Source of the DNA: the human T2T-CHM13v2.0 reference genome, Homo sapiens
DNA: 64,000 nucleotides
Reading direction: 5' to 3' (one strand)
Assembly: GCF_009914755.1 (NCBI RefSeq)
Contig: NC_060926.1
The notes under the pieces were generated by a model. The model did no database searches and had not been told where the DNA came from. It worked only from the letters and a program-made list of their open reading frames with translations. Below, piece after piece: positions 33,371 to 46,713 of the stretch (position 1 is the first letter of the stretch; every line of letters starts with the position of its first letter). A program made the translations under genes and the position numbers.

Positions 33371-35594
33371 CATCTCAAAATATTTTTAATATCACTTGTG
33401 ATTTATTCTTTGACTGATTTTTCTTTCAGGAGTATGTTGTTTAATGGCCACATATCTGTGTATTTCCCAAATTTTCTTATTGCATTTACTTGTAGTTTAA
33501 TTTCATTATTGCCAGAGAACATATTTTGTACAATTTCAGTTCTTTTAAATTTGATGAAACTTATTTTATAAATTAACATATGGCTAATTCTGGAGACTGT
33601 TGTACATGAGCTTATGAGTGTGTATATATTAATGTTGTTGGATGGAGTATTCTATAGATTAGAACTATTAGGTCTAGCAGGTTTCTAATGTTGATAAAGT
33701 TTTCTATTTCCCTGTTAAATTTAAATCAAAATTTTCTGTACATTATTGAAAGTGGGATACTGAAGTCTATGTTATTGTTGAATTATCTTTTTCTTCAATT
33801 TTGTCAATTTTTGCTTTAAGTGTTTTGGTTCTCTGTTTTTAGATGCATAAATATTTATTATTATTTTATATTTGTCATGGCTTGACTGTTTTATCTCTCT
33901 TTGTCTCTAGTTACCTCTTTTTAAAAAAAATTTGTATTACTATAGTTGATCCAATTATCTTTGCTTACAGTTTGCATGGCATATGTTTTTTCATTCTTGT
34001 TTTTTGAAACTACTGTAGCTTTAAATCTAAAGTTTGCTTTAGCAGACAATATATAGCTGAATTATTTTTTAAAAATCCCTTCTACCAGTTTGGTTTTGTT
34101 TGAAATCTTAAGTCTATTTATATTTAATGTGACCACAGATAACATAAGATTTACTTCTGCCACTTTGCTATTTGTTTTCTATATGTATAATGTCTTTTTA
34201 ATTTCTCTCTTTGACTATTACTATCTTCTTTTGTATTAAATATATGTTTTATAGCTTACCATTTTAATTCCTTTTTTCTTTTACTATAATATTTGAATGA
34301 TTTTCTTTTGATTGTCCTGGGAGGATAACAATTAACATCTTAGTTTATAACAATGTTATTTATATTAATACCAGATTTGCTTCTGTATAGCCTATTTCCC
34401 TCTCCCATCTTTATGCTGTTATTGGTATACAAATTCCAATTGTATGCATTGTATGCATAACACTACAGTTTTATTAGTATGGTATATGCTTATATAATAT
34501 TATAACAATAGGATATATAAGTTGGAAAATTTTAAAAATTACAAATAATGAAAAACACATATTGCACCTCTTTTATATTTACATGTTTTTTTTTCACTGT
34601 TTCATGTGGATTTGAGTTATTCTCTAGTGTTCTCTCTTTTTGGCCTGAAAAAAAATCCCCTTAGATGTTTATTTTTCATATAGTTTGATGGCTGGATCCA
34701 GTTTTATTGTACTTTTCCAAATGTATAATTCTGGAACTATTTACTGAATAGTTTTGCTTTTCTTTACTGATGAGTAATGCCATTTCTCTTAAATATCAAG
34801 TTTCCTATGTGCCAAGGTCCATTTCTTATATCTCTATCCCATTTCTGAAGAAAGATAATTCCAGATGGCTTTAAATAGCTGTTTCCTCCCCCTTTGTGAA
34901 GTCTCTCTCCTGTCCCCTTTCTGTTTGCTCATAAGAGCTGGCTTAGCACCTTGAGCAGCATAAATGTATACACATTAAGGTCTCTGGCTGACAGCAGCCA
35001 CATTGGCAAGAGAACTCCATTAGCTAAGTTACAATCCTAAATATTCTTTTTTGCTGGTCAGGAATCTTTCATTATTACATAGTTAACTAGGTATTTTCTG
35101 TCTCCTTCCAATTATTTTATAAAGAAATAAAATAACATGCATATTTGCCTTAGGAACACTTTGCATGTTATGTCTAAATGTGTCTGTCTCAACTAACTGG
35201 GAGTTTATAAGAGGTTGGGGATCAAGTGCAACTGTAACTTCTTTTTTTTAGATTATGTTCTCAGATGATTTTTCTTTATATTTATCTCACATGTTACTAT
35301 TGTGCATGTAACATTTCATTTGATCTATATATTTCTATCTTTATTCCAAATAGCAATAAAATTTTTAACTATAATTAAAAAAAATTTAGAGATAGGGCAC
35401 TCCACCCAACGTGACTCTTCTTCCAGTCATGATTTCTGTATCAATTTTTAACTTACTAACATCAGATCTGTTTCCATACTCTATTGCAGTAATTTTTGAA
35501 ATAAGGTTGAGGAATAAATAAATATCACCCCTTTGAAAATTGAGAAGGTATTTTAAATTCTTCTGAGACTCAATGACATTGAAGGATAAATTAT

Positions 35595-35830
35595 TAATTT
35601 TGTATTCCCCATAGCATCTAGCAAAGTGTTTACACATTGTCAGTGTTTAATAAAAGCTTACTGTTACAGTAAAAGATAATATGAGTGAATTAATTAATAA
35701 GAATATGAGTTGTAAACTACTAAAAATAGAAGCCTCTTGTGGGCCAGGGCCATTCTACCTTAGTTTTTCATTTTTTTGTCCCATGTGCGTATCATAGTAT
35801 AATTAATCTAGCAAATGTTTGATAAAAGTT
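35595..35830 (+). mobile_element. L2 3'-end fragments
   Basis: ttgtattccccatagcatctagcaaagtgtttacacattgtcagtgtttaataaa, then a second L2-tail-like piece. Confidence 0.55.
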
Positions 35831-35874
35831 AATGATTTCATTTGAAGTTTACCATATATATATATTTGCTTTAA

Positions 35875-36360
35875 GTAATGGAATACCTGCCTAAAAGTGA
35901 TTTAAAAATAGGGTTTTATATCTTACATAAGGAGATTACTGAAAGTAGAGCTTTTCAGATTTGGCTAATTCAGCAACTCAGCAAAGTTAAGATGCTTAAG
36001 GAGCACCTCTGTTATTCTTTTGGGTCTCTTCTTAAAGCCACATCACAGCACTTAAACCTCTGCACGATGGCCACAGACAACAATTCTCAGAGTAATAAGG
36101 AAGGTCAGGGTTTCTCCTCATTTTATCTCTTTCATCATGGAGTAAATCAGGCACAAGAGCCCCCAGCTACCTGCTTTTTATGTTTCAATGGGTACATGCA
36201 GACACCTATCATTCATTGGCCAGGACTTCTATGATTTATCTTAAAGTGGAGTGTGACTTACTTGAACAGAAAGCTAAGAGATCCTGAAACAAAACCAAAT
36301 TCCCATGCCAATGAAAAAGGATGAATTTGCTTTGAGAAATAAAGTTAACAGTTCCTGCCA
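35875..36360 (-). mobile_element. Probable old ERVL/MaLR LTR fragment
   Basis: gtgatttaaaaatagggttttatatcttacataag...ttggctaattcagcaactcagcaa resembles ancient LTR33/MLT1-type sequence; family uncertain. Confidence 0.45.
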
Positions 36361-38972
36361 TATGGAGTTTTATTTTTTCAAGTCAATAATATGGACAGAC
36401 AGCATAGCAAACATACTGAAAATAACTATTCTATAGGATTTTCTTATTCTAGTTGATCTACAGAGCTTTTAAAAAGAAAAGGTTGAATGTTAGTTTCTAA
36501 TATCTTTAAATTTCTGTAATTTAAACTAATTGTAAAAGAGTTTACTCCTAATCAGCAATGTAACAGCCTGTTTTTGTTTCTCTCAAAGTTATCTTGTCAA
36601 CATAAAACTGTGCTATGTCTTAATTTCTTCACAGAAATTTAGAGGAAAAAAAAAGCAATACATTCTACAGCATGGCCTGCATTGCAGTAATCTTAATAAG
36701 TAAACTATGTGTATACATTAATGAGAATTAATTTTTCACAGATTGAGTAGAATTTGTACACCCAAAAGATGAGTTCATCCAACAAAATAAACACATACAA
36801 TGTATAATCTATTAATGTTATTTTATTATACAGATTGATTCTGGGATTTTTCTTTAAAAATTAGATGTTATGCCTCTTTACCACTTTTTTAAAATTTTGG
36901 GATTTTGTTTTTGGTGGGAAGAGGTGAAATAGGTTTCCTGAGACCATATTTCATTGATTTCAATTGTTAATTTTTATACCAAGTCGTTATTTGTGTATTA
37001 ATCTTGTTACTAAGATTTAGGAGTCAAAAATTAGATTTTGATTAAATCTCATGTGACTTCTCTTTTGCTTGTTTTCGAAACTACTTCAAATATACTGTTT
37101 TAAAAGTAGTTCCATTAAACTTCTGAGCAACACGATCATTATTGGAATAAATATACGGTTTTATAGGTTACAAAGGAAAATGTTTATTGAGATCCATTTG
37201 TTCTGTTCTCACTGATATTTGCTGATCTGTCTGATTTATTCTATATATCTAACAGTGTATAAATATTTAAACTATTTAGAGTGTCCTTCCATTGATATTG
37301 CAGTAATTTGAATTCAAGGTTGATAAATGATTGATCCTGAAGTATCTACTAATCTTTGTAGTACTAAAGTTTCCTAACAATTGGAGTAAATCCAGTATTG
37401 TCTTTTGGATGAGCATGGTAATCCTTGGGTATAAAATACATGATGGACAATTTCTCTGAATATCTTTGCTAGCCTCATAAAATGGGCATCCAAGAATGTG
37501 CTGAGCTTATGAAACAGGTAACCAAGCTAGGAAACAGATAAGATTTCTAACTTAAATTGACCATTATGTGAAATGAACAGAAGTAGCTTCCATTTCCTGA
37601 ATAAGGAATAATTTCTTCCTTTCTGTAAATTGGGCGGCAATTGATATGAGTGGGAAAAAAACAAAACAAAACATACAAAAAACACTTCTAAAACCTAATA
37701 CCAATCCTTTGCCTATGTAAAGGAGCACTTTCAAGTTTGGTGAGAGTATTTGCAATTATGGAGTTGGGAAAAGATATAAGTTACTCTTTCTCCTTCTGTT
37801 GAAAATTTACCTCCATGAAATTAAGCCATGTATCCCCTTATTCTTAGGAGGTAACTTGTGTCCATGAGGTGAGGTCTACATAGTGTAAATCAAATGGAAA
37901 AGGCAAATAGAGATTGGGGAAGGGTGGAGAGTTATGTGGATTTCTGGTTTCCTACTTGCTATTGTCTAATATGTGCGTAGCTGCACAAGTACATGGAAGC
38001 ACAGGCACATGGAGACACACATGCACATATGCATGCCTTTCCTCTAATCTGGAGTTCCCCACATGGTTTACTGGCTGAGGCAAATTCATTTTTTTTTCTG
38101 ACTAGGAAAAAAAACTACCAGTTCTTTTATCAACAGTACCAGTTCTTTTGCTGCTTAATAACATGTTATATTCTATGAACACTCTATTTGTCTCTTTGTA
38201 TTTTTATTCTCATTACCTACTTTTAAAATCTTAGTTATATTTTATCTTATATTTTTTGATACTCTGTTTATAAACATCAAGCTTTCCTTCTGTATTATAC
38301 TACAAGTTCCCTGTGGACAAAGACCACATTTTTAATTACCTAAATAGAGTGGGCATTTAAAAATAATTTTGTGTTTAATGAGTTAAAATATATCCCTCAG
38401 TGATGAGCACATTGAAAAAGTGTAAATAATTATATCTGTATTAATCTAAAGTCATTATAGAGCATTTATTTTTCTCTAGGTTGTACAAAAATGTACATTG
38501 AAGGAATGTATACATTTATGCATACAGCGCAGTAAAGGCACAATTTAAGAGTTTTATTCCAAGGAGGTTTTAAGATTTAAGTCATACATACTCAATATTT
38601 CCCCTACAAATATTTAAAACCATTCCAAAAATACAAAACAAATATTTTTTTATATCTGCCTATACAAAAACAATTCTCTCTCTCTCCCACACACATACAT
38701 ACAAATACACTTATGCTTTTGTCTCGGCATTTGAACCATTTTGCCTTTATGATAACTACAAAATGCCTAGAGAGAACAGAATTAGGATTACTGCTGAGCA
38801 TTTTAAAGCATTTTAAAATGTGCTTATTTGTGTTTATTTGCAGTGTTTACTTAATGCTGTTTTCATATTAACACTCAAACTCTGAATATGCTTAATGGGT
38901 ATTTTTCTTCATAGGCATTAAATAAGATATAATAGTTGCATCACACATATGGGTTTTAAAAACTTATTTATA

Positions 38973-39640
38973 GATTCATTTGCTATTCAACAGATATTAA
39001 CATAGTGCTTACTATAGGTGGGTATTATTCTAGACAATGGGAAGGACAATAGAATCAAGGCAGACAAGGTTCCAACTTTTAGAGTTTCATCGAACTCAGG
39101 AGAAAAGAAATAAGCATACAAAGCAAGCAAATATCAAATAGTGTTAATACTAAGAAGAACATTCAATAGGGTGTTGTTTAGCCTATGAATATTGTAGGTG
39201 GGTCAATATGAAGACCCTAAGGCAGAAAATAGCCTAGAATGTTTGAAGAGGAAGAAAGCTACAGGCTGGCACTTGGGCAGTGAAGAAGAGAGTAATTTTT
39301 GATGTGATCAAAGAAGTAGGCAGGCATCATCAGATCATGTGAAGCTGTATGGGCCAAATAAAGGATTTTAATGTTATTTAAAATTCTCTCAGAAGCCATT
39401 GGGGTTTCCAAGTAGAGAAGTGACATGATCAGATTTACATTTTAGAAAAGATTACTAGGCTACTATGTGGAAAATGCATTGCAGGGAGAAAAGAAGGAAA
39501 TAAGAGCAATTAGGAAGTTCCTGCAAATTCAGTCAAAATATGATCAGTTAGAGTCTAGCAAGTTGCAAGTAGAGATGGAGAGAAATGGACAGATTCTGGT
39601 TATATTATTAAGACAAATTGTAAAGTGAGCAGGAGGGTTA
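38973..39640 (-). mobile_element. L2 LINE 3' fragment
   Basis: attcatttgctattcaacagatatt...aaggcagacaaggttcc...gaagtgacatgatcagatttacattttagaaaagattact...gagatggagagaaatggacagatt. Confidence 0.85.
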
Positions 39641-39749
39641 AATGTCAATAATTATTATGTGAAAATACAGTGTTTATTATAGGCTGTGCTTATTGTTTTC
39701 ATCATCATTGTACATGTAAGTACCAGAAAGACTGTGGCTTACTGTGAAG

Positions 39750-40199
39750 CAGCATAGCAAAACAGTAGAGACAGATAATCTGGATGTTGGAGAGATTATT
39801 TCAACCTTTCGTGCCTCAGTGTTCTCATCTATGAAATGAGACATAGCAATATTATATAATGCATAGAGATGGTGGCAGGATTAATATAAGTAAAGTGCTA
39901 ACAAAATATAATAATAAAAGTTATTTTTGAATGAGCACTCTATAGAATCAATATGATTTAATGAACATTCTAATGATTTTGCAACTAAATAGACCTAAAC
40001 TTAAATACTTGTTTCATAATGTGTCATTTCTCCTTAGCTTTGAACAAATTGTTAAAACTCCATGAGCATGTTTCTCCCCTATATAATGGAGATATTAAAT
40101 TATACATCACAAGTAATGTAAAAATTAAAAATATATATATTTGCAAATCACCCAACATCATATCATGATTGGTACCTACAAGAAACTTTGGTATTAGTT
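39750..40199 (+). mobile_element. Two MIR fragments (~39750-39900 and ~39990-40199)
   Basis: ttcaacctttcgtgcctcagtgttctcatctatgaaatgag; ctccatgagcatgtttctcccctatataatggagata. Confidence 0.65.
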
Positions 40200-40219
40200 T
40201 TTTGTTGTTGTTGTTGTTT

Positions 40220-43200
40220 GCAATGGAAATACAGTGTTAGCATTCCTCTCCCACTTAGAAAGACAAAATTGTGTGCAGAGGTTTACAACGTGAGCTTTTT
40301 AATCCAAGAAGCTATGCAGGGACTTAACAGGAAAACTGAAATCCACAGACCCTTTGAAAGAAGTGGCAGGCTGCAACCTATACCATGAACCAGGTAAAAA
40401 ACTGTAAGTCCCAAGAGTGTGAGAGGAAGAGAGACTGCCTCCAGGATATACACCACCACCAGGGAATCTGGAAATCCAGGCCACAGGATAAGACCTTAAC
40501 CCCAACCAGAGCTTAAGCTGATTTAGGGAGCAGTGAGGAATATAAAAGTAGAAGCAGCAGCAGGAAGAGCCTTGCATGCATTCCCCATCTCCAGCACAGA
40601 CCAAGGGAAGCCATTTCTTATTCTACCTCACAGGGTACCTCACAGAAGCCTGCCAACTAACTCAGCCAGTGGTTGGAGATTGAAAGAAGCTCCCAACTGA
40701 ATTTTGCAATATAACCTCAAGTAAGGATGAGCTCCCTTGACTAAAATTAGAGGGCATGTGGGAAGTGTGCTGCATCCACAAGTGTAGAAGCTGGGCACCC
40801 TGGCTTTGTGGGTGGACTAGGAGGGGTGTTGCCTGAAAGCCATGGTTTCTGTCTCTGAAAGGAAGGCTTATGGCCTGGGGCAGTTTTGAATTTTGAGTAT
40901 AGATGGCCTGGAGCTTAGCTAGTTGCTGCTAGGAAACACTGCTGGTGTGAGATCTGCCTTGCCAAGTGTGTGGGAGCTGGGTGAGGCTTACTGCCACCTG
41001 CTACTCCCCATTCCCTGTGCAAACACTTCTGTGCAGCAGAGGCAGCCACACTCCTCTCTAGAACATTACTCTAGTGGCCAGGGAACTGCCCCTTGACTTC
41101 TACAGGGCCCACTGCTTGCCATGCATAAGGAGAGCCAGAGAGTGGACCTCCCTGATCCAGCCTCCACATGGACCTGCCTGACCCAGGCTGACCCAACCTC
41201 CACATCCCTCTGCCTGCCCTGGTGGCTTTACACAAAAGACAGAAACTTTTGGAAGCTTTATGGCCCTACCCATCACCTGAGAAATCAGAGTACCTCCCTT
41301 CAGTAACATAAGGGAAGCACAAATCTCACTGCTCCTACTACAGCTAGTACTCTTCTGAAAGTATCATCTCCTGGCTGGAGGCCACTGACACAGTCCATTA
41401 CAGCATCTCCCAGTAGAATAACACTGCACCAAAGAAAGGGAAAACTTGCGCATGACCTCAACTATCACCATGGCCTCTACTACCCTGGCTAACAAGGAGG
41501 TCCTGAGTCTGTCCATGTGAACAGTTCATTAATATTACAACCAGCATTTGAGAAAGCCAACAGGTTAAGTCTATTTATAACTAAGGAATCTCACAGAGTC
41601 TACTTCACTTCCTTGCCACCCCCATTAGAGCTGGTACTGGTATCCACTGCTGGAAGACTTTAGGACAGGTCACATTACTGGATCCCTTGCAGACATTCTT
41701 CAACAACAGTCCAGAGTGTGGCAGCCCCATTGGGTGGCTAGACCCAGAGGAGCAACAGCATTCACAGTAGACTGGCTCTCATGGACTCCCACTCTTAGGG
41801 AAAGGGGGAGTGTACCACATCAAAGGAACACTTTATGATACAAAATAATCTGGATGGTAAGCCTTTAGTTCCAGATATTTCAGCTGGTGGGAAGTTTATT
41901 TCAGCAGGAAAAGTCTCAAGCTCTACCCCAACAGTCAGGCAGCCTTCATGCTCACGAAGGGTCTTGAAGAAGGGAACTTCTTTTCCCCTCATCCATCACT
42001 GCAGACACAGCTGGGGATTTTCTCATGGAGGCTAGGTATGGGTGCACCTGTAGACAGCCTTTCTGGAACACTTCAGGGTGACTGGATCCCCACAGGAGGA
42101 GCACCCTCCAGGTTCAGGCTTACACAAGAGGTAGACTCAAAATTTCTCTCTACTTGGAACATCAATATTCCTGCAGATAAAAAGAGGTGCCTATCTGAAC
42201 TGGATAGCTAGGACACTGGGTCAGGAGTGTGTTTGGGAAGTGGATATCTTTCCTGCTGTCCTGGCATGGGAGTTGAGGTGGCCATTATCCTAAAACGTAA
42301 ACCTCAGTGCGTTTTACTGAGAGCTTCCCCAACCACCTTTATCAAGGCTGGTGCCTCTGCCTACATATGGGTATTGCATTTATCCCCCTGCTTTAGCCAA
42401 AACTGATCTCTACCCAAGGACACATCTGCTACTGACCTGAAGCTTGAACTATTCAACTCGGTAAATAAAATACTGGGGAAAATTGCCAAAGCAATCCTAA
42501 GCAGAAAAAACAAATCTAGAGGCATCACATTGCTGAACTTCAAATAATACTACCAGGCTATAATTGTCAAAACAGTATGGTATTAATATAAAAGTAGGTA
42601 CACAGACCAGTGGAGAAGAATTGAGAACCCAGAAATAAAGCAAAATACTTTTAACCAACTGATCTTCAACAAAGTATTCAAAAACATATTGGGGAAAAGA
42701 TGTGCTATTTAATAAATGGTGCTGGGAAACCTGGCTAGCGACATGTAGAAGAATGAAACAGATCCCTAGGTCTCACCTTATACAAAAATCAACTCAAGAA
42801 GGATCAAAGACTTAAATCTAAGATCTTCTGAAGATAACATTGGGAAAAATCTTCCGGATATTAGCCTAGGCAAAGAATTCATAACTAAAACCCGAAAAGC
42901 AAATGCAACAAAAAAATAAAAAAGTTAATGGGACCTGATTAAACTAAAAAGCTTCCAAACAGCAAATAATAATAATAATAATAATAATGAGCAAAGTAAG
43001 GAGACAACCCACAGAATGAAGAGAATATTTGCAAACTATGCATCCAACAAGGATATATCCAGATATAGATTCTGGATGTATATTTGGCGCATGTATCCAG
43101 AATCTACAAGGAACTCAAACAAATCAACAAGAAAAAAATAATAATCTCATCAAAGAGTGGGCAAATAATATTAATAGACATTTCTCAAAAGAAGATATAT

Positions 43201-44063
43201 AAATGGACAAGAAACATATGAAAAAAAGATTCAACTTCACTCATCATCAGAGAAATGCAAATTAAAACCACAGTGAGATACCACCTTACTCTAGAATGAA
43301 TGACCATTATTAAAAAGTCAAAAAAAATAGATGTTGGTATGGCTGTGGCGCAAAGGGTACACTTACACATTGCTGAAAAGAATGTAAATTGGTAAAACCT
43401 CTATGGAAAACACTATGGAGATTACTTAAAGAACTTGAAGTAGATCTACCATTCAATCTAGCATTCCCGCTACTGGATATCTATGCAAAGGAAAATAAGT
43501 CATTATATGAAAAAGACACATGCATACGTATATTTATTGCAGCACGATTCACAATTGCAAAGATATGGCATGAACCTATGTGCCCATTGAGCAATGAGTG
43601 GATAAAGAAAATGTTTTATATATTTTTTATAATTATAATATTATATAAATATTATATATATATACACACACACATACACACACACCATAGAATGCTACTC
43701 AGCCATAAAAAGGAATAGAACAATATCTTTTGCAGCAACTTGGATGGAACTAGAGGCCCTTATATAAGTGAAGTAATTCAGGAATGGAAAACTAAGTACC
43801 ACATGTTCTCACCCATAAGTGGGAGCTAAGCTATCAGTACACAAAGGCATACAGAGTGATAAAATGGACTGTGGAGACTTAGAATGGTGAGGGTGGGAGA
43901 AGGGTGTGGGATTAAAAAATTACATATTGGGCATAATGTACACTACCTAGGTGACAAGTACACTAAAATCTCAGAATTCCCCACTATATAACTCATTCAT
44001 GTAACCAAAAACCACTTATACCCCAAAAGCTATTGAAATAACAAAGTCATAAAATTTAAAAAG
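40220..44063 (+). mobile_element. L1PB LINE: long 5'UTR fused directly to 3' part of ORF2 and 3'UTR
   Basis: L1PB 5'UTR (ctcccacttagaaagac...gtgagcttttt) to ~42480, then ORF2 'gccaaagcaatcctaagc'; ORF 43389..43718 'PLWKTLWRLLKEL..DLPFN.A.PLLDIY'; 3' end ccccaaaagctattgaaataa; probable TSD aactttggtattagtt (40184-40199) / aactttaatattagtt (44064-44079). Confidence 0.9.
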
Positions 44064-45208
44064 AACTTTAATATTAGTTACCATGAAGATTAAATTTTTG
44101 TTTCTAATTCTCTTTTTAATCAATAAAAAATTGATTTGAGTTAAAGTATAGAACACTTCCAAGCAGAATATTCATCTAGAGTGAATATTTATAGAAAAGT
44201 TCTATTTCTCAAAAAATACATGCGTTTATGATGTCAAGCAGTCAGAATCCTTCAGTGTAAAGATTATTGCTTGAAAGTTCTTTTAAATTTTAAGATATTT
44301 GACAAATAAAAATTGTGTATAATCAAGTGCACAATGTGATTTGATATATGTTTACATCATGTAATAATTAACATAATCAGACTACTTAACATATCTGTCA
44401 TCATCCATAGTTGTCATTTGCATGTGTTTGTGGCAGAGGAAGGGTTTTGTTTTTCTCTGGTCTGTTATCAAATTTCAAGTAAACAACAGTATTATTAACT
44501 ATAGTTACCATGCTGTGTACTATATCCCCAGAACTATTCACCTTATACTGAAAGCTTGCAACCTTTGACCAGCTTCTAGTCATTTACCCCACCCTTCAGT
44601 CTTAGATAACAATCATTCTACACTGTGCTTCTATGAGGCTTTCTTCTTCCACATATCTTTTCCATGTATAAGTAAAATTATACAGCATTTTCTTTTCTAT
44701 GCCTGGCTTATTTCATTTAGAATACTGTCCTCCAGGTTCATCTATTTGTTGCAAATGACAGGACATCCTTCTTTTTTATGGGTAAATAATATTTTCATGT
44801 ATGTTTATACTACTTTATCATTGGTTGATAGACATTTAGGTTGTTTCATTTCTTGACTATTGTGAATAATGTAGCAATAAACATGGGGATGCAGATATCT
44901 CTTTGAAGTACTGATTTCATTTCCTTTGGATGTATACCCAGAAATGAGATTTTTGCACTGTATGGTAGTTCTACTTTTAATTTCTTGATTTTCCATAATG
45001 ACTGTAACTTTTTTCCATACTGACTTTTTTCCATAATGACTGTAACAATTTACATTATTGCCAGTAGTGCACCTCACCAACAGTTGTTATCTCTTGTGTT
45101 TTTGATAATAGCCATCCTTACAGATATGAGGTAATATTTCACTGTGATTTTCCTTTGAATTTCCCTGATGATTAGTGATGTTGAGCATTTAAAAATATAC
45201 CTGTTAGT

Positions 45209-45583
<375 letters not shown>

Positions 45584-46283
45584 TTAGTCATTTGTATGTC
45601 TTTTTTGGAAAAGTGTTTATTCAAGTTCTTTGCTCATTTTTTTAAATGAGTTATTTGTATTTTTGCTATTGAGTTGTATGAATTTCTTATATATTTTGGA
45701 TATTAACCCCTTCTCACAAATGTAGTTTGCAATTTTTTTCCCTTTTTGTGGGTTGACTTTCGGTTTGTTGATTGTATAGTTTGCAGTACAGAAGATTTTT
45801 GCTTTGTTGTAGTCTCACTTGTTTATTTTTGTTTGTGTTTTTGATGTCATATCCAAAAAACGTTCACTGCCAAGACTAATGCCAAAGAGGTCTTTCCCTC
45901 TTTGGAGTTTTGACTGTTGTAGCTTCGCAATATAATTTGAAATCAGATAGTGTGATACCTCCAGCTTTGTTTTTCTTTCACAAGATTGCTTTGGCTATTT
46001 GGGGTCCTTTCTAGTTCAATGAAAATTTTAGGATTTTTTTCTATTTCTATAAAAATTGTCATTGGGATGTTTGATAGGGTTGTATTGAACCTGAAGATTA
46101 CTTTGGGTTATATGAATAGTTTAACAATATTAACTTTTCTAATCTATGAACACATAATATCTTTCCACTGATTTGTGTCTTCTTTAATTTCTTTCTTCAA
46201 CACTTTACAGTTTTCAGAGTATAGATCTTTCACCTCATTAGTTAAATTGATTTAGGTTTGATGTTATTGAAAATGATATTGTT

Positions 46284-46564
46284 TATTTTTTATTGATACA
46301 TAATAGGTTACATATTTATGGAGTACATATAAGGGTTTGTCACATGCATAGAATGTAGAATTAAGAAATCAGGGTATTTGGGATATTTATAGCTTGAGTA
46401 TCAATTCTATGGTATAATTTCAGGTCTTCTAGTTTGAAATATATAAAATATTTTTGCTAAATATAGTCATCTCAGTTTGCTCTCAAACGTTAGAACTTGT
46501 TTCTACTATCTAACTGTATGTTTGTGGCCATAACCAACTTCTCTTCATCCCCTCTCCCAACCAG
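46284..46564 (-). mobile_element. Short L1MA 3' fragment nested in L1
   Basis: ttattgatacataataggttacatatttatggagtacat...; flanked by tattgtt at 46277-46283 and 46567-46573. Confidence 0.75.
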
Positions 46565-46713
46565 GTTATTGTTGCTTTAATTTCTTTTTAGGAAAGTTCA
46601 GCATCAGTGTATAAAAACATAGTTGATTTTTGTATGTTGATTTCATATAATACAACTTGTTACATTTGTTTATTGGTTCTAAGTGTTTGACAGAATCTTT
46701 AGGGTTTCATATA

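Noticed and set aside
42470-42495. Spliced L1 retrocopy as the cause of the L1PB deletion
   Set aside because: Recalled consensus context at the junction suggests A-rich microhomology rather than GT-AG boundaries; tentative until aligned
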